DNA from: Phoronis australis
Lineage: Eukaryota; Animalia; Phoronida
Length of the DNA: 64,000 nucleotides
Assembly (NCBI GenBank): GCA_002633005.1
Contig: NMRA01000024.1
Span: forward strand, 327,803-391,802
Direction of reading: 5' to 3'
Numbering within the stretch: position 1 is the first letter of the stretch; each line of letters opens with the position of its first letter. The notes beneath the pieces are model-generated. The model did not search any database. It was not told the DNA's origin and saw only the letters and a list, made by a program, of their open reading frames with translations. Shown here one piece after another: positions 1 to 12,475 of the stretch. Position numbers and translations under genes: made by a program.

Positions 1-58
<58 letters not shown>
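1..58. repeat. (TG)n microsatellite, truncated at window start
   Basis: Perfect tg dinucleotide run from base 1. Confidence 0.97.
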
Positions 59-69
<11 letters not shown>

Positions 70-1422
70 AGTTGAAACCGATCTGAGGAGCTAAAGACCT
101 GACCCAAGGGAGTAGCAGTGTGTCCCCATGAATTCGAACCCAAAACCGTAAGTAAAAAGCGGACACTTATCCCACTAGGTGGCACTGCCTCCATCCATAT
201 CATGCCACGCTGATGGAAGTTGGGATTGATCCGTGAAGTACAAGATTGAATTTACTATTTGAAGATTTTTTTTGCCGCAAATGCATGCTAATCAGTGGCG
301 GATTTAGAGGGGGTCCCCTAAAATTTTCCCAGATTCTATTTGGCTCCTCGGGGTTGCGAATGGCTGACGGGCAAAATCCTGACTAATACACTGCCCTGGA
401 CCCCCCTAACTAAAAATCCTCCACAACACAGCGCGCAGGTCGCTCGCCACTATCTGCGTGGAAGTATGACTCACCCGGTGTGGGTTGACTCGTGGCCGGT
501 GGTTGTTCGCTGTTTTGGTCCGAAGTCCATATTGTGAGTTATTTATTGAGATGACATTTAAACTTGACTTTAGAGATCTCTCACACCATACAGACCATTT
601 CAGAAATAAAGTATTGAAAAAACACTCCTTGGGTAGCGAGAACCAAAGACTAGGTGTACCCGATGACAATGAAATACTATGACACCGGACTTCACACACT
701 GAATTTCGTAGCTGCTCTGCGGTGAGCGATAAGTTAAAAAGTATCATAGAGACCACAGAGGAACTCAGCAATTCAACTCGGAATTGGGTGGCCTTGAACT
801 CATTTTTCCATGTCAGCTAGAAAATAAAGTTTTTACTTTAAAAGGGCATAGAACGCAAAAAAATAAATTGCATTATTCAAGTCTGCGATTCTCTGCCACT
901 GAAACAGAAGTATTTTACAGTTTCGTAGTAAAGATTTGGAATTTCTGTTGATGTCAAAGCATATTTCCTTTAGACTCAAATTTCAAAGAGCGGCCTGTCA
1001 ACTGATCGTTCTTTCGTCGATTTTTCTCCCAAAAGGCAAAACACGTCTCCTTATTTGGTATGGCAAAATATAGACGTAGCACATTTCCCTTAAACAGATT
1101 ATGTGACCTTTGACTTATGACTTAAAAAAAACAAGGCGATTATGCAGTTGGAAATGTTTAATAGGTAATTTTTTGAGCGCATGTAAATTATTTGGGGAAA
1201 GAATTTGAAAATTGTATTGTGATGAAAGCTGAGAGTTTATATTTTGTCTGTGTTTCGGAAATAGTGAATCTGATGATTTTTTCTAGAAATTCTTCCAATA
1301 AATTTATATTCAAAAGGAATAAATCTCAAGTTAGAATCCCCAAGAGGTAGTTTCGTCAGAAGATTGTCTAGGCATTGTATGGACTGGGATGTCTCGTAAA
1401 GTAAAAAAGCAACCTTTTTCAG

Positions 1423-1553
1423 CATTTGTCACTTTTCTGCTGGGTGGATGGGGAATAACAATGGGCTCTCATCGCCTGTGGGCTCATCGTTCTTACAAGG
1501 CTCGACTCCCACTCAGGTTGGCGCTGGTTTTTATGACGTGTATATCCGGACAG
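1423..1553 (+). CDS. SCD: SCD exon (TM2 + His box 1)
   Basis: ttttcag|CA...GGA CAG|gtaagt, 131 nt; FVTFLLGGWGITMGSHRLWAHRSYKARLPLRLALVFMTCISGQ. Confidence 0.93.
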
Positions 1554-4500
1554 GTAAGTCGACATTGACCTCTCCGCGACACCTCAGTTGTCAATACCAA
1601 GAGAAGCTTCGCATCGGACCCATATCTAAAATTGTAATAGTAAGCATGCGCGGATTCAGAGCCATCATGAACAGAAAGGTACAGGTTCTGTTGGGAGTTT
1701 ATATTCCTCCACTGCATCCACGTACCATTCTTTTCACGCGAGCCAAGGTTCTGGTTAGTCGTGACTGTTTTCTGTTCAAGGTACGGCAAAGATAAACTGA
1801 ATGACTGAGAAATTATTGAGAACTTCCGCTTCCTGTAGATATAGTTCCTCCTCAGCTTCGGCTAATTCAAACACAATCTCGAAATATTTCCTCTTCAGAA
1901 TGACATAATTGAGTGGGCGCGAGATCACAGATCTCATCACAAATTTTCGGAGACAGACGCCGATCCCCACAACGCTAAACGTGGAGTGTTTTTTGCCCAC
2001 ATGGGATGGCTTCTTGTGCGAAAACACCCGGATGTTCGAGAGAAAGGGAAGAAGATCGACCTTAGTGACCTCTATGCCGACCCTGTACTGGTATGGCAGA
2101 GAAAGTGAGTACTTTAATTGAAATAATTAAATAAGTATTTGCAGACATTAAACAATCGGATATGGTCCCCGAGAAAATTTAGTATACACAGTTCAAATTG
2201 AGCATCTTATATATAAACGCCCAGAACACTAAGCTATGTAGACTTGGTGGCACACCCAAGTACAAGACGATCACCGAGGTCACTCTGCGGAATCTTCATT
2301 AACTTCTGATTAAGTAAACCCGCATACAACCGCTGTGGATATTTTAAAAATTGACTGAGCGATCTCGTCCGTACGCTAGTTCATCTTCCATAAACGGTCA
2401 GCACCTGCAGGGTCTATTGAATCCATTACTTTGACAATCACAACATCCAAAGCGATGAGCTTCATGAAACGTTATAGAGATGTGTCCACCTGTGGCACAG
2501 GTGCTCAGTTCTGTTGCACTCGTTGGTGGCCTAAATAGGGGACAGTGGCGGATTCCGCTAAGACCATGTTGGCAAAGTCACACGTTGTACGCGAGTGACC
2601 CTAATACTGACGTTAACCAGCAAAATTGCCGGCTGCACGGAAGCTTGTAAAATGTCAGTCATGGGAAAGAAAAGATTTCCTTTCCATAAGTGAAAATTTC
2701 TCATCACAAATGTCTTGCGATATGGAACGTGCCCCAGTTTTGCGACGAAACGGGAGTCATGGCCGGCGCGGCGTTCGATCACGTGGAATAGGACTCTTGC
2801 GGGTACAGAAGCAAGATGGATTATTGTTCCACAGCTATCGAAGTCATGGTATTAACCTTTGAAAGCCTGAGGTCTGTAAGATACCGTGTTGGTTTTCCAC
2901 TTTGTGCGAGATTATTCAACAAGATGGCAATTTCGTCCCACTTTTCTGACTGCTCGGTTTGGAAATCCCAAGAAGTCGTCAGCGTATCTGCAAAATCAGG
3001 GCCCGATTATCGATAGCTCCTGCCCATGTGATCATGATTGTCGAAAACTCTATTGTGGAAATACATCACGTGTGTATAAGCTTAAAATCTACCCAGACGA
3101 GGCCTAAGAATCAGAAGCTAGACACGTACATCTACGTGGCCTCGTGTCGTGGAAAAGTATTAAGTTATTGACTTAAATTGAGGCGTCTCGAAAAGAGGCG
3201 TCATTGAGCAATGAATCCAGGTTGACCGAAGGAAACCCTGCTCGGCTGGCAATCAGGGGCAGATCCAGGATTTAGGGGGGGGGGGGGCAGGGCACAGGAA
3301 TAACCAGAATTTCGCCACATGCGCGCGCCCAGCCTAAAATGTAGGGATGCCTAAGGGTCTCGAATATTTGGTTTCGTGGACCTTATTACTAAAAAAATGT
3401 AAACGGGGTTTGTTCAAGGCCTATGCGTTATGCATTCACTCACCGAGCTCCCCAGGGTGCGCGCATATGCTAGTCAGCAATTCTCACCCCGTACTGCCAA
3501 ATGGTATCTGGGAGAATTTTGGGAGGGGCCATGGCCCTCNNCCCCCCCCCCCCTGCCAATTACCCCCAACGAGCGCTGCGGATCACCCGCTCATGTTGGT
3601 GAGAAACTTTATGTTTTTTAAAAAGAGTGCGGTGCCCGGTTGCATGAAACAGTCCCAAATAAGGGCTCCACTAAGTTCCCTATTTTTATGCGCCCATATA
3701 TTTATGATGTGGTTGCATATTGCCGTCATCTCTGTCTGGGCGTCCGGTGTCCGCGGCTGTATCTCCTAAGCCCCTTGCAGGATCTTATTGAAATTTGGCA
3801 AGAATGTTCCTATGAGGTTGACGACAGAGAGCGACGAGTTTCGGACCGACCCGAATACCACTCAGTCCCCTAGTGGCAATTTTAGTTTCCCTCTGTATCT
3901 TCAAAGGTCCTCCCGATTTTCGTGAAATTTGGTACGTAGGCATCTATTAATGAGTTGACGCTATCCTCTCCTTTCCATATGGATTCAAAGCATTTTGCGC
4001 CATCTACTGGCCATGTTTACTGTTTTCGAGTCGTTTTTTTGGCGTCCGCCCCTCTTACAACCAAACCACTTTAAGGATGATTGTGAAAATTGGCATGTAT
4101 GTTCTTACTATAGACTCTATTCACGCGGCAGACATTAAAATCCAAAGCGAGGCTCACTGCGATAAACAAAGCGAAAGTAGACATTGCGTGAGTTAAATAG
4201 CCGGTCTTTTGAGTCCAACCTGGATATTGAATTTTAATAATGTGTCAACAATTAAACCACACAGACGTAGAAAATTACATTAGAGAACAAGTTAAAGCGT
4301 CAAAGAGTTGTCTGACGAAAGGGTTTAATTTTTCTCGGAAAACTAGGTTCGAAACATGAAAAGTAAATATGACCAAATTGCGGCGATCGTAGTGTTACGG
4401 ATTAGGTATTATGCTGAATGCAGGGTTACTTTTTTCTTGTAAATTGTTGATCAAAATACTTTCTACGCGGACCAGGTCATCTGCTCGTATTGTTGACGAG

Positions 4501-7500
4501 TTGAAGACATATTCGACAGTGGTGGCTGTCATGTGCAATTAGTCACATCTGGTTTAATTTGTTGATCAAGAATATTAAAATCAAGCATAGCCTGATCCTA
4601 TGCACTCCCTGGGACTAACAGTTGATTTGTCATTGATCTGAAAGAATAATTGATGTTATTAAATATATTTTTTATTAAAATAATAAACCAGACTCGTAAT
4701 TGAAAATAAAAATTATTTGACCATCAATTCTGCTTTCTTGGTTGTAATAATTCTTACGTCTATTTCATGTGTTAGATTTCAAGTATCAATTTGGACCAAG
4801 TTGAATTTTAAAATTAAAACACCTAATTCGTTCGTCCAAAACGTAACCTCGTTTTAGAACTCAATTTCAGTTAACTGGACAATGAAATCATAGTTATCAT
4901 GTTTCTGCAGAAACCTCGTTCATCCGAGGGGAAAGGTGCTAGTGCCTACTGAGAGGCGATTTTTTCGCCGAGTGAGGGCGGGAACAGTCTACCTCCCGAT
5001 CACCATCAATAGCACCCCCGCCCTGTTGCAAGCTCTCATAGGCTCTGTCTCATTTTAAAGTAGCCTTTTGTGCTCTTAAAAATTGTCACCTGTGTGGTTA
5101 CAGGTTATGTGAACTCAGAGAGATTTTTCACTAGGGGAATTTTTGTGCCTCGTGGGGGGAATTTCGCGTGATATTTCAATATTTTTGAGAGGGGAATAGG
5201 GCCGATATTGGGCCCTAAATTTGAGGGATTGAGGGCTCTGTCCTTTTTGGAAAGAAAATTTATAATGTTTCAACCCGTAGCAGGGGCGGATCCAGGATTT
5301 TGAATTAGGGGGAGGGACAGGCACAGGAATAAGCAGCATTTCGGCAGATGCGCGCACCCAGCCTAAAATCTGGGGAAGCAGGGGTCTTGAATTCTTGGGT
5401 TTGCGGACCTGTTGACTAAAAAAAAACGGTAAACGGGGTTCATTCAGCGCCCATGCGTTGTTTATTCACCCCCAAGACCCCCTGGTTGCGCACGTGTGCT
5501 AGTCAGCAATTCGCACCCGAACTCAAAAATGGGATCTGATACAATTTTAGGCCCCCCCCCTAAATCCGTTGTCATGAAAATACAACCTGGCTGGCCCATT
5601 CTCCGGTCGTTACTATGATGCTTGACAACTGACCGAGACGCCACAAAATATGATCTAACTTTTCGAAAACATTTATTTATTTATTTATTTTGCTTCGTCG
5701 GCGTATGGCAACGACCCAACGCTTCCGAATCTAAACGTCTTTAGAGATTGTGAAGCGTGTCCGTATTTTTTCTAGCCGTTCGGGGAACAACATGGACTGA
5801 AACACAGACTCCTAAGCCGATAAGCTAACAGAGCTATCGTAGCGAGCCTCGTTTTGGAACGCGCCTCCTGTCGGCGTGAATAGGGTCTATGTGAAAGACA
5901 GTTGACGATGATTTTCCGACGACTTCGACTACTGTGGCGCCTCCTAGTGGCAGTTTTGTTTGTTTTTGCGCCCATGGCTGTAACTCCTAAACGTTCTACA
6001 GGATCTTTATTAAATTTAGCAAATTTATTTATACGAAGTTGACAACGGACGACAAACGACTTTCGCCGATCGGTGTACCGGCATGCCCCCTAGTGGCAGT
6101 ATCTTCAAAGGTTCTCAACGGATTTCCATAAAATTTGGCACATAGATATCTATTAGCGAGAGGACGCTATCCTCCCGTTTTGAGATGGATTCGTAGTTTT
6201 CGCCACCTAGTGGCCATTTTTGTTGTTTTCGAGTCTGTTTTTGGCGTCCTTCCTTCTGTTAACCAAACCACGCTGAGGATGATTGTGAAAGTTGGGATGT
6301 ATGTTCTCTCTATGAAGGTTACGGTTGGCGATGATTTTCCGATGACTTCGAGTACTGAAGCGCGTCCTAGTGGTGGTATTGTTTTTTTGCACCCATACCT
6401 GTATCTCCTAAGCCCTTTCATTGCAGGATCTTTATTAAATTTAGCACGTGTATTTATATGAAATTAATAAGAGAAGACGACGACTTTTAAACGGATCCGA
6501 CGAACACTGTGCCCCCTAGTAGCAATTACATTTTTTTCATTTTCCTCTGTTTCTCTAAAGTTCCTCCACGAATTTTAATGAAATTTGGTAAATGGCTTTC
6601 CTTTAAAGAAACGACGACATTTCCTTGTTTTCAGAAGGGTTTGATGTATTTTGCGCCATCTAGTGGCCATTTCAAACAAAAACCCCTAAAAACACGCCAA
6701 TTGCGATGCGTTCGTGGGCGCATTTCAACGCTCCGCGTTGCTCTTGTTGCGTATTTGCTTCGTTCTTTACTCACAGATGTAATATTTCCCTATCATTTTA
6801 TCTTTATTGTGGGTTTCTCCTTGACTAATGGCATGTTCCAATAAATAAATATAACTAAAACTGAGCCCTTAATTCAATCAAAATACCTGGGACTTAGTCC
6901 GGGAGCCAAATGCTGTTTTCTTACTTAACCTGGATTTACCCGATAAAGTATTTTTTCTTTGCTGTTTCATGTAGCCTAGGCATAGTTAATCATGATCTAG
7001 GGGGTGACCATTCGCAACCCTTGAGCATTTTTTAAAATGTGCAAATAAAGGTCGCCATTATGCAAAATTCTATTTTTGCTTATAATTTCTTTACCAAGCA
7101 CTGCAGCCAGATTACTGCCAGATAGAATGGGGCAGGCAATGTTTTCAGACTTCGAGAATGGCCAGCAGTACGTTAGGAACACAACTAGATAATCACTGAT
7201 GATGATCCTTGTCCCTTAGTATAGTACAAGGACATTGGAGACAACCCATGAAGAAGCCAGCTCCATTATTGTGTAACAGGACGTGAAATGAAGGAACTGC
7301 TTCAAATACCACAACCATGAAATCACCTAGAAAGCGTAGAACAGTCGTAGACATAAAGTTAGCAGTGGAAACATGTAGCGATGTTGTGATGATCTCCTCC
7401 CTGCCCATGCGCTGTAGGGGTGTAACACGGTGGCATGCTACTGTGGAGTTGGAAAGGGGTCCATTGTTAAAATATTGAAGGCTGAACATAACCTGTCTGC

Positions 7501-9579
7501 CATCGGTACTTTTAATGCAAGTTTTTCCAATGTCATGAAACAGGCCACTAAATGTATGTGTGGCTGTTATGGAATGAAGAGAATCAGGAAGATGCCATGA
7601 ACCGGTATGGGAAAGAGAAGTGGCAAGAAATATATGTCCGCCTTCAAACTGTCACCGGCAGCAGAGGCATTTACAGAGAATGTAAATGTAAACAGAGCCC
7701 ATTACCAATCAGTCATGTGGCGGAATGTCACCACCACTAGATCCAGAGGACTATAGAGGGAAGAAAGATGTCATAAACAAATCACTCTCACCATCTATCA
7801 TTCCGCATGGTGTACAACTCGCTCCTATTGCATACTGGTGATGATTAGGTGTAGTTGCAAAGGTCAGGTTCCATGAAATTCAAATAGATAAAATTGCAGT
7901 GTCAATTTTCTATCCCGCACAATATTTTGGGCACGTTTTACTGTAGTGTACTCACGTTCCAAGTGTTGAATTAGCATTTCGTCTTCTGACTGGTCTCCTG
8001 ATTCGATAGGTTATTGTCCTGGGTTTATGCAATTAAACAATTTGGTCATCTACTATTTTCCCTGGGTATCAAACAAAACTATAATTTGTAATGTGTGTTA
8101 TAAATTACAGATTATTTATATTTATGATGTAATGAGAGATTACACTAAATTCATGGTAAATATACGAAAATAATCTACATGAACCGCCCCCGTGTGAAAG
8201 TTACAAGCAGAAAAAGAATTTTTAATAATGGCCGCCTTTATTTGCATAAATTATGCTAATTTATCATGCAACAACATGCAAACCTATTTCATTAATCTAA
8301 TTGACCAAAAGAATATAGGTGCAAATATCATCATGATAGTTCATCTGTGGTGCCTGGTACAGTACCTATAAGCAAAAGAAAAATTTTGAATAATGGCAGC
8401 GTTAATTTGCATAAATTATGTGAATTGACAATGTATTCACCTAAAAACTTGCACTATTACATTCATTGACCATGAAAACATGGGTAAAAACGTCAAAATT
8501 ATCTGGCTGCAGTGCTTGGTAAGGAAATTATAAACATAAATAGAATTTTGCATAATGGCAACCTTAATTTGCATATTCGAAATAAAGCTCAAGGGTTGCG
8601 AACGGTCACCCCCCCCCCAAATCATGGTTACTTAACCCTGGGATACATGCAACAGCAAAGAAAATAAGTTCATCCGGCAAATCCAGGTTCAGCCCCCTGG
8701 CTCCCGGACTAACTTAGTCCTTAAAAGAGAAGATCCCTATACTTATTTTCAATAGCACATTTAGGGAACCTAGTTGAATCTCTATTTGGGACTGTTTCAT
8801 ACAACCGGCACTACTGGAGCCTTCATTTGCATCGCTTGCCTTGAGTATTTGTTAGACGCGTAATCGACAATTGCGGAAATGGAATGGAAATGATATTAAA
8901 AAATGCCGGTAGGTAAGGTAAGATTGTGAGAAGTATATCGATGTGCAAATGTTCGCTAAGTAGGTTAGTTATCTTCTAGCTCGACTTTGTCAATGCGCGA
9001 CAACGTGAAAGGTTTACTAGAGTCCTTTTGAAGCCATTATGTCTGTCACACATGCAGTTGCACCATATCTTGCAGCGCTAACCCGGTTTTGAAATAAAGC
9101 TTCCTTTTCAGAGCCGTTGTATTGTCAAATCTATTTTCAGATACTTCATTCCACTGTCGATCACCTTGAGTTTTCTCGTGCCTACTTGGGTCGCTTGGTA
9201 TTTCTGGGACGAACACCTGATCAACGCTTTCCTCGTGTGTTCTGTGGGTCGTTACTGTGTCAACCTTCATTGTACATGGCTGGTTAACAGCGTGGCTCAC
9301 CTGTGGGGAATGAAGCCGTACGACAAGAGGATAAATCCGGTCGACAACATAATCGTCTCCTTCTTAGCTGTTGGCGAAGGTTTCCACAACTACCACCACA
9401 CGTTTCCAAGTGACTATTCGACAAGCGAATATGGATGGACTTTCAACATAACAACGGCTGGTTTGGACTTGTTAGCTTATTTCGGACTTGTGTACGACCG
9501 GAAACGAATGTCACCAGAGGTTGTACAGAAGAGAAAAATAAGGACTGGCGACGGAAGTAAATCTATGATAATATACTAA
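1423..9579 (+). CDS. SCD: Acyl-CoA (stearoyl-CoA-like, delta-9 family) desaturase, 5'-partial; exons 1423-1553, 1899-2104, 9141-9579
   Basis: Spliced translation contains all three His boxes (HRLWAH, HRSHH, HNYHH) plus DADPHNAKRG, HMGWLLVRKHP, TWLVNSVAH and GEGFHNYHHTFPSDY. Boundaries are GT-AG and phases join. N-terminal exons were not found and probably lie upstream of the window. Confidence 0.95.
1899..2104 (+). CDS. SCD: SCD exon (His box 2)
   Basis: ctcttcag|AAT...AGA AA|gtgagt, 206 nt; NDIIEWARDHRSHHKFSETDADPHNAKRGVFFAHMGWLLVRKHPDVREKGKKIDLSDLYADPVLVWQR. Confidence 0.95.
3254..3590 (+). mobile_element. MITE-like dispersed repeat (CAGGGGCGGATCC-type terminus), copy 1
   Basis: About 300 bp aligns by eye to 5281-5571 (gcacaggaataa...gcgcgc.cccagcctaaaat...aaacggggtt...gctagtcagcaatt). 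Reverse-orientation fragments occur at ~293-380 and ~10840-10875. Confidence 0.7.
3683..4110 (+). mobile_element. Helentron/DINE-1-like non-autonomous repeat, 5' part
   Basis: Starts TTTTT-ATGCGCCCA, followed by a nearby imperfect inverted copy, a GTCT/GTCC-like tract and body units shared with 5740-6748, 23676-24880 and 28520-29285. Confidence 0.55.
5281..5571 (+). mobile_element. MITE-like dispersed repeat, copy 2
   Basis: caggggcggatccaggattt...cccctaaatccgttg; homologous to 3254-3590. Confidence 0.7.
5740..6748 (+). mobile_element. Helentron/DINE-1-like non-autonomous repeat, 3' part with internal tandem units
   Basis: Ends GTGGGCGCAT (inverted subterminal motif), hairpin caacgc-tcc-gcgttg, then CTCTTGTT. 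Internal units with cctagtggc and aaatttggc recur. Confidence 0.6.
6895..8711 (+). mobile_element. Academ (AcademX-like) DNA transposon, internally deleted relic
   Basis: Termini 5'-TAGTCCGGGAGCCA ... TGGCTCCCGGACTA-3', ~220-bp imperfect TIRs, 3-bp TSD ACT (6892-6894 / 8712-8714). Decayed internal ORF has XPG/PIN-H3TH-like motifs THEEASSIIV*Q, LLPAHAL*GCNTVACYCGVGK, AEAFTENV..NRAHYQSVMW and IRCSC. Confidence 0.8.
7230..7860 (+). pseudogene. Decayed XPG/PIN-like nuclease domain fragment of Academ transposase
   Basis: Motifs as listed for the Academ element, with in-frame stops and frameshifts. Confidence 0.7.
9141..9579 (+). CDS. SCD: SCD terminal coding exon (His box 3)
   Basis: ttttcag|A TAC TTC ATT...TAA; includes ORF 9166-9579 with WLVNSVAHLWG and GEGFHNYHHTFPSDYSTSE. 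Confidence 0.95.
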
Positions 9580-9924
9580 GCTGTAACCGATCAATTCACT
9601 TTATGAGTGAACGTATTCTGAGAGACCCTATAGTGGTTGTTCTGGATGAAACAGTGAAGCACGTACAATTTATGTCCACAAAAGCATATTTGGTTCCAGT
9701 GTTTTATTCAGTTGAAAATTGAGGCGGTGGTACAGTATTTTTAGTTGGGCTGACCCTTTCAAAAAGAAATACATCCGAGATAAACAAAAACGATGCATTT
9801 TTCACATTTATCGCCTTTCCAGCCTTGCTTCCCTTGCGTTCGTGCATTCAGTTTGTACAACTTTTCAAAAAGATCTTGGCTGAAACTGGTGCGGTAACGT
9901 TATTTTTAGTCGACGATGGCAGGA

Positions 9925-10034
9925 TAGAGTTCAGTAACGCTACGCTAGGACTGCTAGGACCTCGCTAACTAGCCAAAGTGACGTGTTACCGTTTAAAATT
10001 GTTTCTAGCGAGGTGCAAGCGTTACTGAACTCTA
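9925..10034. mobile_element. Small MITE
   Basis: Perfect 17-bp inverted ends tagagttcagtaacgct / agcgttactgaactcta; a related element lies at ~12071-12209. Confidence 0.6.
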
Positions 10035-12469
10035 CCCAGGTCACAAGAATACAGACAAGGACCAACTGTGCTTTTTTGAACTAATAACTCGCTCGGCAAT
10101 TCGTAATTCTGTGTTAGTCAACACCTTCGTCAGTTCCCATGACGCGGGTTCGTTTACAGGCATAAGTTTTTGGCTTAGTTGTTGCTCAAATTGGCACACC
10201 TCGTCTTATAGGGTCAAAATTTATAGATGGTTCTGGTCTGACCCCTCTCAGTCCCCAACTCATCACTTGAGACATATGTCCTCGCTGATTAAAAGAAAAG
10301 AACGTCCGCCCGCATTAGCCAAAAATCATAAGTACGCCATGATTTGTCGAACAATGAGTAGGAAAAAAACAAATACCGCATTGTAGTTTCTCATCTCAGG
10401 TGGATTCTCTTGAGTCTTTCTGGAAAAGCAAGCAACTATACGTACACACCCGCGGACTCGATTTTCAAAAAACGCACATGGAAATATCACTTTACATAAA
10501 TGTAGTCGTTAATTAACTCTACGTATGGTATTTACGCACCCATCAAGTGTTTGGTACAGTCATATAAGTTTTGCTGGGGAAGCTCACGGTGTTGGTGCCC
10601 TTACGGTATACACGCATGCGCGCACCAAGGGCGAAAAGGGCGGCGATTCGAATGAGTCCCCCATTTCGCGAAGTGAGGAAAAAGGTCCGCCTCAGAGAAA
10701 AAAATCCGAAGAGAGTAGAAAACGAGACAAAAGTCCACATAAAATACAACGAGAACTACCAAAATTCGGCGAATTCACAAATCACAGCTCTGAACGTATA
10801 GCTGTGAATCTTAGCTAAAAGGCCCACATTTTCAAAAATTCGAGCCCCCCATTTTTAGGCTGGGTGCGCGCATGACACACACGTCTTGCGCCCGACGAGC
10901 ATCATGGTCATTGTCCTCGACAAATCATAGTTTTCACGAGAGTATTATTTTTTACGAGGCTTTGTTTGACAATGTATTTCCCAGTCATTACTCAGAAATC
11001 AGCTCTGTGGGCTTCAAACACGTGAATGTTTCTGTTATCAGCTTGCAGGAATAAAAACCAAATCCATTTCAACTGCCTTCAGCTGTCCATGCAGTTCTCG
11101 TTAAAATGATCTTATTACATGGGCTGCAGACTCCCACTTATGTCAGTGCTGCGCCGCCTATGTGTTCTACACGACCCACTAATACTTCAGTCAATGGATT
11201 GCGAAAACGTCACGAGTTATCAGACGATCGGTAACGGAAACCACAAAAAGACCTACCCTCGCCACAAAGAAAAGCAGACGATGCTAGTCAAAACAGAGAA
11301 CATGTTAGCGGAGAGAAGAATGAATCGGGAAAAGAAACACCAGTGCTGTTGCATTTGTTCATTGTCAAGTAGGGACTGAGAAATCGGCTGCGATTTCTAG
11401 AAGCCCCCAAAGAAGCCATGGGTCCGTTCCAGGAAACTGACTTACGTTCATTTTTGACTGAAGTCTAAGATTTGATCCGGCCAGTGGGGCAAACATAAGA
11501 GTAAAAAAAAACTCAAGATCTTTCCCTTGAGACGGACTCGAGACAAGTTTCATCTTAATATAGCTGAAATTTAATATTTGTTTCAGCGAAGTCAGTTTTT
11601 CGTAGAAAGGGCCCCAGAATTGCAAACTGGTAGACTGACAGTAGCTTTGAAATCTATAAGGACTTAGCTTTCAGAATATATTGGCTTATCTCGCACGTCG
11701 GAAGAGTAGTTTTATGGTGAAAAGCGACAATTCTTTTTTTGTCCCCTCTATCATAGCCAATCTTGCTCTTCAGAGAAAGGGCCCAAAAACAAGGCAGAAT
11801 AAAGTTTCTGTGCTCACCTGCAGGGCTTTTGATGTAAAACAACATAACTTTTCATAGTCGACAGAGTGAAGAAAACGAGACCACTTCATCAATGCTTGTT
11901 CTGCCGCTGCTGGGCAACTAAACCAATGAAACCGTTCTGCCCCCCCCACCCCCCCCCCCCCTTTAGGTACCTCGCCATTCTATCTCCAGATGTCCTTATG
12001 TAGTGAATTGGTTATTTAGGATTAGAAAATCACTAAGCCATAGTAACAGAGAGAATGCAGACCAGCCTCCCGTTCAGTAACTAGGGCCTCGTTAAAAAGC
12101 AATACTTCGCGAGATTATGTGAGATATTGCCGTGTATTTTAAATGAGAACACGTGGTGTTAACTAGGTTTTAGCTAGGTCCTAGCGTAGGTCCTAGCGTC
12201 TACTGAACGCACGCCAGTATGGCCTGGATGTGCCACCTGCCTACTACAGTACCAGACAGTGATGAGCATTGCTACCCGTGCAATTGTCAAAAGTAAAGAG
12301 TTCAGGTATGCATAACCACAAATTGGGGTGTTCTTGTCCAGGTGTGTACACCTGCCTACACAGAAGAAACCCACTCCTATACCACTACATAAGGTGCATG
12401 CTGTGGCAACTGACAGCTACAATCAATGACCAATACAGTGGTGAAAATAACCACAAACTACTGTCCCAG

Positions 12470-12475
12470 TTTATT
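12470..12475 (-). terminator. Candidate poly(A) signal of calcineurin A (3'UTR ~1.5 kb)
   Basis: AATAAA on the minus strand followed by a GT-rich downstream tract; not verified by transcripts. Confidence 0.45.

Noticed and set aside
120-190. tRNA gene (B-box ggttcgaat on minus strand); similar motifs at ~51260 and ~63250
   Set aside because: No complete cloverleaf; at most degenerate SINE heads.
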